Source of the DNA: Nymphaea colorata
Lineage: Eukaryota
Direction: 5' to 3'
NCBI RefSeq assembly: GCF_008831285.2
Contig: NC_045138.2
Span: forward strand, 30,690,001 to 30,754,000
Length of the DNA stretch: 64,000 nucleotides
Below are positions 26,205 through 39,400 of the stretch, in pieces. The notes beneath the pieces were generated by a model. That model was not told the origin of the DNA. It saw nothing but the letters and a program-made list of their open reading frames with translations, and did no database searches. Made by a program: the position numbers and the translations under genes. Each line of letters begins with the position of its first letter. Positions within the stretch are counted from its first letter, which is position 1.

Positions 26205-29200
26205 TTATGCACCGTTTAGCTTATCTGCCTTTCCTTCCACCTGCCTATCTCCAGAAAGATGGAAGCCCTCAATGCTCTCTGAAGCTTCGGCAGCACCAAC
26301 CTTCAGCTTGTCATTTGCTCCATTGGCTAGGCACGTGCCATTGTCATCGATGCCTGTTGGTGCTGTCTGCCAGATTCTGATTGTTCCGTCTTCTGATCCC
26401 GAAGCATAAGACTCACCACCAGGTGAAAAACGCACACAGTGAACTGGTCCGTGATGTCCTTTGTTGCATGCTGCACATAAGAAACTCGTATCACAAACAT
26501 AATACAAACATCAAATGGAACTGCATGGGGAACAGGCATTACAAATTCACTCACCACCAACAAAATCTATGTCCAACCACATATATGAATGCACAACTTA
26601 CCTATCAATTCAGAATTCACCCATTTACAGACAACAGCTAAGCAAGACTTGAACAAAATCAAGCATACCTATTTCCTCGCCAGTATGGAAGTCAAAAAGG
26701 TGAAGCCACATATCTTCTCCCCCAGCAACAAACGTACTCCCATTCTTTGGTTCAAGCGATGCTGACTCTACTGTGCACGGCATCGTGTAACTCTTTACCA
26801 CACCAAAACTGCACCAATAGAAAGAAAATCTCAGATTCTTTCTTGATTAGGGTGCTCAAAACACTTCCCTGAGAGCTACTCACTGATTTGCATCCCAGAA
26901 TTTGACACTATGACCATCAGCAGTAACTATGTAATGCCCATCACGACTGACTTCAGCACTTGTTACTGGGGACTCAGTTGCCAATGTACGTACAATCTTT
27001 CCACTCCTGACATCCCACAACCTGTGAAAGAATTTATGATTCACAAGAAAGTGGTCCATTAACCAGGTAAAATGATGGCCAAGCAACAAAGGGAACTGCA
27101 GGGAGAAAAAAAAAAAAAAAAACTTGGGAAGCATTTGTTAGAGAACATGAATTGAGATTTGATAGAAATCCATTCATAATTAACATGATATCGTACGTTT
27201 TGAAACAATCATCCAATGAAACGAAATAGTTTTAACAACCAAATGAATAAGGCCTTATTATTATCCACTTAAAAATGCAAAGCCATTGATACTCTGGTTA
27301 CATCGACCTACTATCCTTGATACCTGGAAATCATTCAGACATCTTCTACCATGTCAAGCTGCATTCAGCAGGAATTTCACTGTCTGCTGCTTCTGATTAC
27401 TTTGTTTTGATGGCATCAGTTTCCTTGGCTTAGGCAATAAATGTGGGGAGCGTGTGGTACATAGGTTCTTAAAGTAGTCAAAGAATTACATTCACAACAT
27501 TTCACAAAATTAATTTCTTTGGTAGATGAAATTCTGGCAAGGATGTCTGTTGAACTGCACAACAATGTAGGGGGCTTCTAATCTGTCTGTGCCAGTTATC
27601 TCCAGGCACAGGCTTTCCATGACGATGTGCATTAATTAGCTCTAGGTTGATTACTATTTCATCAATAGATAGGGAATTTGTTTTTCTGACAACTGGTATT
27701 GAAATATTAAGGAAAGAGACTAGAAACTTAGGCTTATATTGAAAAGGTCTGAGCAGTATGACAAATTAATGATCACCTGTGAAAACAAGGGAATGTTTCC
27801 CATACTATATCTAGACACTAAGCAGGTGAAGTTCATTTTGAAACATGCTATCCAAAATCCAAGAAAAGTCTCATTTAGGTGGGAATCGAAAAGTATGGTG
27901 ATAAGAACTCACGCCACTAGGAACATAGGGTTACAAGTGCACTAAAGGTTCCATGTTGGACCCTCTGCAAATTAATGAAGCCAGCTCATGGTGATCTAGC
28001 ATGAACAAATAATATTTTATGTATTACTTGCAATCTAAGTCACATGAGTACAGATACGGTTCCGGTATGGGTATAGAGACACGGGTATAGATACAGCAAT
28101 TTTAGGAAACGTGGGTAGGGGGCCACGGCTGGATATATATATGCAACATAACACAAAATTTCAAAATGAAAGCAACATTTAAATAAACAAGTGATATAAT
28201 AAAAGCATTACAAGTTAATGAACAACAACTCTAAAAAGAGAATGAAAACTAGGCTGGAAAAATTTTAAACAAGCAAAAGAAAGCAGTTTTGATCTAAAAA
28301 GTACCCACAAGTGTCCAAGTACCCACTTTGGCTGCAGGTGTGGGTATGGCGACACAGGTACATGGACTTTACTGAAGTACTCATGTGACTTAGCTTGCAA
28401 TATGACCATAAATTTTGGGCTTAAAACACGTATACCACAAAAAACTTGTTTTTACTCTACCTTAGTGTAACACTAGTTGCTAAAAAGGAAGACCAAACAT
28501 TTCTATGAATTAACTGGGAAAAGATTCAATGACACTTGATGAATAGCTAATGACATATCAGGCTCAAGTTTTTTTCAAAGAAAAAGGCAAAATGAAACTC
28601 CTTCTTTCCCCAGAAAAATGAAAAATCTCCAAACAGGAGTTCCAGTCATATATATTGGCAACATACATATTTGCTCTAGATTCAGCATATCTTACATGTG
28701 TTTTACAAGGAAATTATATCACAGTGATGTTTCATTTGGAATGCTGTTCCTAGTCCCTTTACAAGCTATTTGTAATGAAACTCCATAAGATCCCAGTCTC
28801 CCAGTATCTTGGTTAAATGGTAACCAGATAATGCACAGAAAGCATTAAACTGTTCCATTGATCAAGTAAAAAAACTACAAAAGTAACCACTTGGAAAGAA
28901 CATACTTAGCTCCAAAACAACCTCAAGGATACATAAAGAGAAAACATCCAAAAAAAAAAGGAACATGGTCAACTTCCCAATGCGAAATGAAAATATTCAA
29001 AGACCAAGAGGACTGCCCTAGTATGCAAAACTAAATTGTACATGACCACAATGTAAGGAATGAACTCAAAGTATGATAATTAGAATAAAATTAGCCACAC
29101 CATTGCATAAATGAATAAATCCTACAGATCAATTCATATCTATGTGAAGTATTCATACCTAACACCACTAATATCAGTGCAAGAACTTAATATAGTCTGA

Positions 29201-30237
29201 TCATTGTGAAGCCATGCTACAGTTCTGACAGAACCAGGAGAATAGTCCACTTCTCTTGGTGCTGCATCAGGCCGATTCAGATCAAAAATTCGAAGTACTT
29301 TCTCATATCCTCCTGTAAGCAAATGTTTCGTGTCCTGAACCATGTATCAGAGACTATTGGTTAACAAGATACACCACAAGCATCTTGTGAATCACTGAAA
29401 GGAAAAGAGAAATAGTTGTCCAATTGTCCCCACACTTCAAATAACCTGCTAAAGACATCATGGCTGAATTTTTTGCAAGCCAAGGCATGACTAACCAAAA
29501 TGAACCAGAGAACTACCAGATTGAAAAACAGACAATTCGATAGTGAAATGGTTAACTAGACCGAGCAGCCTGAGTCACATTATATGGCTCCACCAGGCTA
29601 ACTTACCTATGCTGCTTCTCATTAAAGACTACAAACAGATCTACCCTCCTACAGTGAAGGCTGCTCTTCTGTATTGTCTGCAAAACTGCTCTTTCATATC
29701 ACTGTGTTGTTCTCCAGATCCCACAAACTCCCATACAAAGTGGGATTTCTCAGAGCTTTTCTGTTCTACTTTTGAAATTTAACCCCAAAAATGTGTTTTA
29801 TATGTTTGTTATTCAAACTTCTAATTATAAAAAGTGGCATATTTTAATAGGTTCAGGGTTCAAGAACTCATGAATTCTGAAAATATTCAAGTCTCATAAT
29901 TTCATAATTTTTTTGAAAAACACAATCCAAATGTATGTTCCTAAAAAGTGAACCATGTTAAACAAAGATACAATGTCAAATTTGTGAAAAAACCTAAATT
30001 ACCCAGCTTCTATGGAGTCTGCAACAGCTTGTGCATTCAAATTCTAGTCTCCTTTATCTAGCTACCCCCTTTTCTAGATTAAGTCCATCCAACTTGACCA
30101 TGCACACCTAATAGCTCTGAATCCCCAGCAGGACCATGTACATGTCTTTGTCTGAATATGTCTGTCCCTGAATGCATGTAAGTGTATTTCTATGTGAGCC
30201 TGCAAGACTCAAGTATGTGCCTGCATGTCAACGAGAG

Positions 30238-30280
<43 letters not shown>

Positions 30281-33200
30281 TACATGAAAATAAGAGAGGC
30301 AAAATGCAACACTTAAAGTTGGCATGTTCCAAAAATGATAAAGAGAGCAAATGGAAAACAAGTTGCTGGATAGCGTTACATATCACAGAGGGCAAATATG
30401 CATAAATGCACATGTACAAAAGATAAGAAATTCACCTCTGAAAAGGCACAAGCCCGAACAATATGCTTATGCTCAAAGGAGTGCAATTCATCCCCAGTGA
30501 GAGCATCCCAGATCTTGCTGCACAAAACAAGAAAGACAAGTCAAGAATTGTATGATTTTAGTATTGGGATAGCTAGCAAATATACATATAGAATCATAGA
30601 TCAATCAAATAAATATATCTGTATATTGCTTTTATATTGGAACAACTAGTGTGTGTATATAGGCTCCGGGCTGCATCGTTGTAGGCCATAGTCAAACCGA
30701 ACCAAAATAATGGAAAATAGACTTGTTACCAGAAAGACATAGTGAATAACGAAGGTGTATATATGATAGTAACACAAATATACACAAATTACCCTGCCAA
30801 TCTTGCTCTCTACAAATATGTATTCCATGACATCTTCCATTTCCACCTTGATTTAGAATCTTAGATACATCTTTTCACAAGTATAGCCCTACAAATAGAT
30901 TCTATGGGTCAAAAAACCTAGGAATTCACACATTACATATCACTTTTCATCTATGGATCAGATTTTAAAAGCCAAAAAAAATTTAAATGCTTACAGAATT
31001 TGAATTGCATGTCAAAAAGAAATAAGAATACATACAATTATAGGATTTTGGGCTTCTAAAACACAAGTGTAAACAGCATTTCAACAGAAACACATATATG
31101 AGATTTTTTTTCACAAAACTGACTACATGGATGCTATTTTCATGCATTGCATCCTAGGGATTGATTAAAAAATCATGAAACTTTTAATATATTTGTTGGA
31201 TTTATGAGGATTTTAACATCCACCTTCTTGCTTAACAAAACTTAGTATACAAAAGAAAAAAGATTTTTAGTTGATTCCTACGTTTTTGACATGGGGATCA
31301 CATCAATGCAGCCAGTTTTCAGGGGAAAAAAAGAGAGAGGAACATATATTTAGGTTGTATATTCCTTATGTTGAGGCATCTTGGTTCTTAGGCCCAGAGT
31401 AATCTGATCTGATTGAAGACAAACCTCCTTTTATTCAATCCATTTTCAGAACTTGTCCATAACGTACTTGCATATTGTGTGTGCTTCTTGTATTACTAGT
31501 TGGGGCATCGTAATGTGGCCCAAATACATAATGAAGGAGAACTAGGTCACATCCCACAGAGGGAAATGTGACTGTTTTAATGTGTTAAGCCAAGCATGAT
31601 GTTATAATGTTTTAGGTTCATCCACAATCTGTTCATAAATTTTAAACCATTGAGAATAATTAGTCTTCCAATTAAGATGTCCTACACTCCTGCTATCTTG
31701 AAAATAAAATCCTGTTAAGATCCAACCAAACAAGTGGACTGAATCATGTTCCTTACAACGATACTTTCTTGCCATAAAGTATATTAATAATTTAATATAA
31801 ATATCAATATGATCCAGTAGCAAAGACACAACCTTTGTCTCACATATTTGTGCTGCTCTTTTCAGAAATAATAGGTAACTTCTGGAATTTGGAAAAAATA
31901 AAATTTTCAAGAAAAATTTCATAACACCAAGGATACGCAGTCAACCAGCAAGAGAGTATTTTAAATGTCCAGCTCTATCGTTTGGAGTCTTTGGACCACT
32001 TTCCTGAACATAGTACCCATGTCTAGAGTAGTAAGTACAGTACTTGCTACAAAAACTAAAAACATACTGCCACGGGTTATATTTGTCTTGATATTTAAGC
32101 ATTGAAATTTTAAAGATAAAATAGCAAGATAATTACTGGCCAGGACCTATATTTAAATTTAAAAAAATAAACAAAACATACGCGGTAAAATCAGCTGAAC
32201 CTGATGCAGCACGTAAGGCATTAGTATCAAGACAGCAGCTCCATACAGCACCTTTATGCCCTTCAAAGGTGCCAATCCAGTCTCCTGTTTCCCCATTTCT
32301 CAACATAGGACTAGAATCTGCATCTCAATGGCATGATAATGACATTAATTAGCATCCCAAAAAAAGAAATGCTTAATCTAGTTTTCAAGGATGAAAGACC
32401 AAAATTAGTACACAATATACTCCAATTTTGTTACGAGCTGTTTTTAAAAGTTCTATGAAGTAGCTCAAATGCACTCACAGAACAGATTTCAACCTTTAAT
32501 AAACAAACTTGATTTTTGACAGAAGAAACAGCAAGTCGCCAGCTACAAGATGCCCCAGGGCATACTCAGAAAAAGGCAGAGAGTCAGACTAGATCCAAGC
32601 TGGCACAGTAGAGCAGGATGAAGGATAAATATAAAGCTGAGGAACAAACAGATCCAGTTGGTATGGCCTTAAATAAGCTATATGGACAATATATCTGGGT
32701 TATACTAAAACTATTGCACCCAAATTATCATAAGATAGTACCATAGAGGCTATGTCATTCTCTATTCTGTTAGACTACCATGTAACCAACAAGATGTGAA
32801 TAGCTATTATTAAAGGTTACAACAACCATCTGAGTGATGAACTCGACTATATACAAGGATGGATGGTGTAGTATTGCCAACTTAGTCAACAAAATTAATT
32901 TAGCCATATGAAGATAATAAAGAATAGAACCACCCATTTTATCAAAAGGCTAGAAAAGATGTAACATGTATAGATACTTAGAAACTTAGAAGAAAGATTT
33001 GTTAATAAAACAACCTCCCAACTGAATGAGATGCAAGAAGCTGGCAGCTTTAATGGATTACGCTAACTTTGGAGTTTGGGGAAAAAAGGAGGAAGCTACA
33101 TTTTTTCAGCTCATGTACATTATAAAGAAGCATTTTGTTAATGCACCCATGCATGTGTATGCATTATGCAGAATCGAGAAGCAAAACCAAATGCATTCTT

Positions 33201-33968
33201 CTTCTAAGGTTTACTTCTCCGCCTTGTTGGAAGCACATACATGCATACACACATCCCATTTACATATGTATGCATGCATACGAGAATATAACTTAACATC
33301 CTCTTAAATGATGAAGGACATCAAGCATGTATGCACAAAGTATGCATAGCAGCATAAGGTTAATATATCCATATCAAAAGCACAACAGGTAAATGTGGCA
33401 GAACCAAGAAATAGAAATTGTGATCTGATTATAACCCGGAAACAGAATTTGCAATCTAATACTAACCCAGCAAAAACAAGGAGCCTTGATGTGAATCCAT
33501 CTGTGAATGTGTTTGATTCGAAATGTCAATTGTTATCAGTGAGATTTAAGCATTTGTAAGCATTCTAAAATTCTGCTTTAAACAATCATACGTAGAGATA
33601 ACAAATTTCTGTTTTCTCTTCAAAGTTCAAAACTTCAAAGGAAGAAATATTTACCAATTTCAACATAACAAGCAAATTAAAACTACTAAACTCAACTCAA
33701 AAAAACCACTCAACAAATATGTATCTGCTCAACATTCACTCTTCAGAATGATATACCAAAAGCTAATCCAGGACAAACCATGGCATTAATTATAATTTTA
33801 AGCGCAAAAATCTAAAAAAGATAAAATAAAATAAAGATATTAGAGCATGCCTTTGCTTGCACTTATGAGAAAGTAACCATCGGGCGTAACTGGACTGTAA
33901 AACAAGTCAACGACTGGTCTGGAGTGGCCATGGCAAACAAGGGGAACAGCAACTCTCTTCTTATCCAT
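26205..33968 (-). CDS. STRAP/UNRIP-like WD40 protein, copy B (351 aa, 7 coding exons)
   Basis: Exons 33968-33851, 32317-32182, 30517-30436, 29334-29159, 27021-26884, 26808-26669, 26470-26205. Exon sizes (118,136,82,176,138,140,266) are identical to copy A. Intron 1 donor is GC. Probable 5' UTR exons near 35750-35538 and 35428-35270. Confidence 0.93.
28035..28393. mobile_element. Non-autonomous hAT-type MITE in STRAP-B intron 4
   Basis: Perfect 17-bp TIR CTAAGTCACATGAGTAC / GTACTCATGTGACTTAG. Perfect 8-bp TSD CTTGCAAT at 28027-28034 and 28394-28401. Subterminal GGGTA/TACCC motifs. Confidence 0.92.
30244..30276. repeat. (AG)n microsatellite in STRAP-B intron 3
   Basis: AG dinucleotide run. 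Confidence 0.9.
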
Positions 33969-36495
33969 GTGGGCCTCTTTGACTTGAGCAACTCAGAAAT
34001 GTAACTATATGTCTGCTAATCTAACCAACAGAATTCTGATAATGGAAAATGAAAAGAAAAAGATGAGAAAAACACATACACACACAAGCAATAAACAAGG
34101 AAATCTAGCAGCAGATTTTGTTTCTTCAGATTAATTGCTTATAGAGAGAAAGAGAAGGAAAATAGAGAACGCATGAGAGATAGATTAGCAGGAAAGTCTC
34201 AGAGAGATGGACAACGAATCAAGCTGGACTACAAAACATTTTTTCAGGAAAAAAAATTGAGACCAAGTAAGTGGTCACACTGTACATTCTTGATAATTGA
34301 CTTTTCTATCTATTCATTTACAGTATCTTGCGCATCCTAAGCATCTGAATCTAAGGAACTATTGAGTTAACTGCATGGCAAGGTGATCAAAGTCATGTGA
34401 AACCACCCTGTGTTTTTATACTTGGGTTGCATGAGAATAGTATAGTATATCGGTTTTGTTTACTCAGAGAAAGAGGGAGAGAGATACAGGTTAGGGTGTG
34501 GAACTGGGCACTAAATCTTGAACAGTTGGAGAGCTGAAGGTTCCTAGAAGCAATCAGCCAAACAGGATTCTGTTTCCCCCTCAAAATAGGACCATGCTAC
34601 GTGGATTATAGTCAATGATCGTTGGATATATCATATGAAGATCAACTGTGGCAGCACCCTTTATTGTATTAGTAAACAACTAAACATAGGTCTCGCACCG
34701 TCCACGTCTTTCAACAAGGTTCTCATAAATGGAGTTGACTTGGATAAGGAAGGCGAGGAATCATTTGCATATCCTTTGTTCCTCGATAATAGACACGGTA
34801 ACGGACCATTTTATGAGCATGTATCCTCTCGGGCTAGTATCTTGTTCCTTGATGATATCTGAATTTCGAGCTGAACTTGGGAGGTAGTTGTTGTTTAGCC
34901 CATAAGGCCCATCGAATGACAGACGTGGTCTATCATATAGCCATGATGTGTACCATGTTGCCTACCGGCCAAGCAAAATAGAGCTTAAGCTAAATATGGC
35001 ACCGTCTAAAAAAACCAATCTCGAGTTGCTTCCTATAGGAATGGAAAATAACAAGAGTATCAAATTTGGACCGCACTAATGGCTCTTTCGTCTCCAAGCT
35101 TAACGATGCTGAATTTTAGCGATGACATGATTAATTGATTGCAGATTGCCCATTTAAACATCTATATACACGGCCAACCGAACGTAAAGCAGTAACAACA
35201 CGAGGGTGCACACAACTCATAAATCCAGAAAAAAAGTTTAACAAAATTCGGATTGAAAATAAATTGAACCTGAACGAAGAGGCTTTCGTGTGGGATAAGG
35301 TGAAAGGCGGAGAGGGGCTATTCCTGTCTGCGCACGCGTTCCACCAGGAAAAAGAGGAAGAGAGAGAGAGTGTGTGTGCCGACTCCTATCTGGATACCGA
35401 TTATTGAGTAGGGGACGAAGTTCTGCAACTATAGAGAGAGAGCGAAAAAAGGATAAAGATTCAATAGCAAAGAAATAGACATGGGCAACGGAGCAATCTG
35501 CAAATAATGGAGAAAATGGAAAACGAAAAATCCAAACCTGGTTGAGGACGGCTCAGCAGCAATCCAGTCTTCTTTGGGGGATCAATGCAGCAGAAACGTG
35601 ACTGCCTGCCGTCCTCTGCTTTGGGCCAGAAGGGTGAGGCCAGCAGAGAGGCGCGATGAAGGAGACCCCGAAGTCTAAGTCTAGAAGAGGAGGAGGGAGG
35701 GACGGAGGGAAGGGCGGGGCCGCTCGCGGACTGGAAAGCGAACCGGTGTCAAACAGTGCTTTTGTCTCGGACAGATTCGTATCGGTTCCTCTTGTGTAGA
35801 TTTATACCTATGCCCATCTCCATCTTTTGTGAGATGAATACATACCACACTTAATAATCTAAATTTTGTAATGAGAAAACAGTTATATCATGAATCTGAT
35901 TCAAATATTTTGGAATTGATAAATTCGTGAAGCAGAAACATAGTGTTTATTTATTTATCAACCTCTCTCAGATGATATTTGTGGGCATTTTAAAATTAGT
36001 TGTAAACAAAACTTATTGTATCTTGGATCTTTAATGCAAGGTGGTTATGAAGGTTTGGCATCTATTGGGTTCAACATTCAGCTTAAGGATTGAGCCTTGC
36101 TACTCCATCTACTAGTTGATGATGTAATGGTGGAAAAAATGGTTTTCATGTGAACGTTTGATATACTCACATGAAAATTTTAGAATCAATAAGTTTGGTA
36201 TCTTATCTTGAACAAACGTTTGATATACTCTAGATAAAGAAAGGACACTAATTGTTGCATTATTGGGCAAACATTATTGGTATCTTAAACATTTCAATGC
36301 ATTTCTATTGGGGCCTCCAATGAATGAATAATGCAGAGCACCTAAGTCCGTCTTAGTTTCAGAACCAAGATTCAAATACCTCGGCTCCCCGAAGCCCTAA
36401 ACCCCAAGCTCCTCTCCCGCCACTCTCTTTCTCTCTCTCTCAGTGGATCACCACATTTCTCTTTGGTCGGAATATTCTCTTTCCCGCGGATTCCG

Positions 36496-39400
36496 ATGGG
36501 CGGCGGTCCTAGGACGTTCCCGGGTGGGCTGAACAAATGGCAATGGAAGAGGATGCACGAGAAGAAGGCGAGGGAGAAGGAGAAGCAGCTGCTCCAACAG
36601 GAGAAGCAGCTCTACGAGGCCAGGGTCCGGTCGCAGATCAGAAGCCAGTTTGCTGGGAGCGCCGGGGTGCCGGCGGGGGGATCGGGCGGGGCACAGTTTG
36701 GGGCAATGACGCCCGAAGGTCACGTGAACGCACTCGCGGATCGCTTCAAGAAGGCCGGGGCGGAGGACCTCTGGAATGAAGACGATGGACCGTTGGAGGA
36801 TCCTGTTACTCCAGCGGAGGTGCCGGGTCCGGCTCGGCATCCGTCGGGGTCATGGGTGCCATCTTTGTCCAGGAGCCGTGGCTATGTCCGTTCAGAGAAT
36901 TGGGAGAATTCTAAGCAATTTGCATCGCGGAGGGGGTTTTCAAGCCTTTCGCGGATGGATACCTCGTTGGATTGTTGGAAGGATCGTTTTAGGCCCACTG
37001 TCAGGGTCTCGGGATGGAAATGGAGTGATAGTTTTACTATGTTCGGTTTGCGGAGAATTGGCGGTATTTTTGTTGGAAATGGTACGTGGAGAGATTGTTC
37101 AACGCTTTCCACAGGAAGGTCTTGTTCGAATTTACACGGAGACGAAGGATCAATGCGATTCGAAATGGCATTGAGGGGTAACGGAAAGCATAGCGTCACG
37201 GTAGGGATTAACTCGAGAAACATTGGGGAGATTAATCGTGGAAAATGTTTTCCGAGGCAGTTTTCCATGTCTGTACTATTGGAAGCATTTCCAGCACATA
37301 CGAGAGAAGATTCACTGTCGTGGTTGCCAATGGTTCATAATCTATGCGGGAAGACTATTTGTTTAAATTCTATTATCCCGGGGAGAACTGGTAGAATTTC
37401 TTTGGAGGGTTTGTCTTGGAGGTATTATTCGAGTTTCACGGGAAACAGTGGTATGTTTAAGAAAGATCCCTCCTTGGATTACAGAACCGATCGCGGCATA
37501 TCCGAGAAGGATATGAATATGGCTTGGTCAAGGTCAGACTCTGACGAGGAAGGGGAGGCGGATGATTTTCAAGAAGGGGTTAGCACCAGGAAGGCCTTCG
37601 CTGGAGGCGTCTTGAGGAATCACGATCCAAAGAGGGAGAGGAGATTCCCAAAGCCAGGGGAAGCTGAAAATGAATTTTCTCGGTCCATAAGAATGCAATT
37701 GCAAAGTGGGGATTTCTTATCCAGAGTCGCGGGAGGAAGAATTCGGGAGAAGGAGGAATCATTACTCAGCGAGAAAAGGTACACTTCTCGACTAAAACAA
37801 ACTAACCCAGTTAAGTTGGAAATAAATACAAATTCATGCTGCCTCGTTTGATTCATGCAAACCAAGAGCAGTTGCAGAACTGGGTGTCTTGCGGACAAAC
37901 CACTTAATGCGACAACCTCTATCATATGGGACATGGTTTCGTTCTGGATGGCTGATCTTTAATCATTTCAATCACGTGCAAACGTGGCATTAGTACATTA
38001 GATATTTAAATTTCAGCTGTGTCGTGGTGGTGGATCCATGATGATATGAAAATCTTGGCAGCCCTGATTCAATGGTGCACCAACGGTATGATGTCCAGTT
38101 CCCGATGAGTTGATAGCCCGAATAAGTATGATCACCAAGTTGTTTTTTCTGGCTGACCATAATGTAACAGGCTACGTAAAATTGGTGTTTGTTAAATTTA
38201 GAAGAATGATGATCTGCTAGTGGTTCTCATGTTTGGACACATCTTAAACTCAAATGCAATTGAAAATGTAACATAGTAATAGCAACATGCTAATCAAGTT
38301 CAAAGAGCATGCTTGTATAATCATTGGAAGTATCAGTTATTTGATATAAAACCAAAAATTTGATTTCCATTTTATTCGTGTAGTCAAATCATGGTTTTGG
38401 TTTATGCTTTTTGAATATTCACATGCATTTCTATCTCATTTTGGTTTCTATCTTTTTCTCTTTTTTTTAATGCAAATTGGAAAAGTATTTAAATATTCCA
38501 GTTCTCATTCAGTGAGGTCCTTCATTTATCTTTGCTATGTTTGCAATCCAGATTTGATGAATATGACATTTCTCCCTTGACAATTAAAGCACTTTCTTCA
38601 GCTGGTTATACACAATTGACAGTGGTACAAGAGGCTACACTTTCTATCTGCCTTGAAGGTAATGGGTTTTGGTTGTTGCTCACAAGTCACATGAGCTTTT
38701 TGTATCAAACTGTTATTCTGTTTTCCTACAGATATGTTTTGTTTTTCGGCTAGTTTTCATAGCTGTAGTTGACTGACACTATTGCAATGTTTAACACATG
38801 AATTTATGTATGTTCTTAATATCCATTGTGAAAGCAATCTATCTTTCTATATAAGGTTCTTTGAGAAATTTAAAATGTCTACTTATCTCTTTTATGAGTT
38901 GCTTACTTTATGTTTCCTAAAATGGTGATAATATTCTATATAAATTAATGAGCATCAGAGCAAATGCACTTTGAGTATTTAAATGGGCAGGTTTTAATCC
39001 TTAGAAACTGCGATTGATGGATAAGCAGATAGGCTAAACATGTTAGGTGGATGATAGTATCGTCTTCCTGTACGATCCTTGTACTTTGAGATGAAGTTCT
39101 CGATCCTACATAGGTTTCTAAGGACTCTAGTTGAACCCTTAATTGTAAGGTAATCCTTAAATTTGTGAACAAGAAAAGTTTTTTGCCAGTTGGAATTTAC
39201 TGACTGTTTGGCTCCTTTCTTGAAGGACATACAGAATACATAATAGTTTGCAAATTTTGTTGAGATTTGTAACACAGTGTCTGTTTCTTTGCTAGCCCTC
39301 ACATGTTATTGTTGATAGGATTGTCTTTAATCCATTGTCACAGAAAACACGCTTTATTTGAAAAAAAATGCATATAAAACATAAAAAACAAGTCAGCCGT

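Noticed and set aside
36448..37934. Antisense and alternative-frame ORFs over helicase exon 1, and similar ones over MSBP, PRMT10 and STRAP exons
   Set aside because: Shadow ORFs of GC-rich coding exons with no independent evidence.
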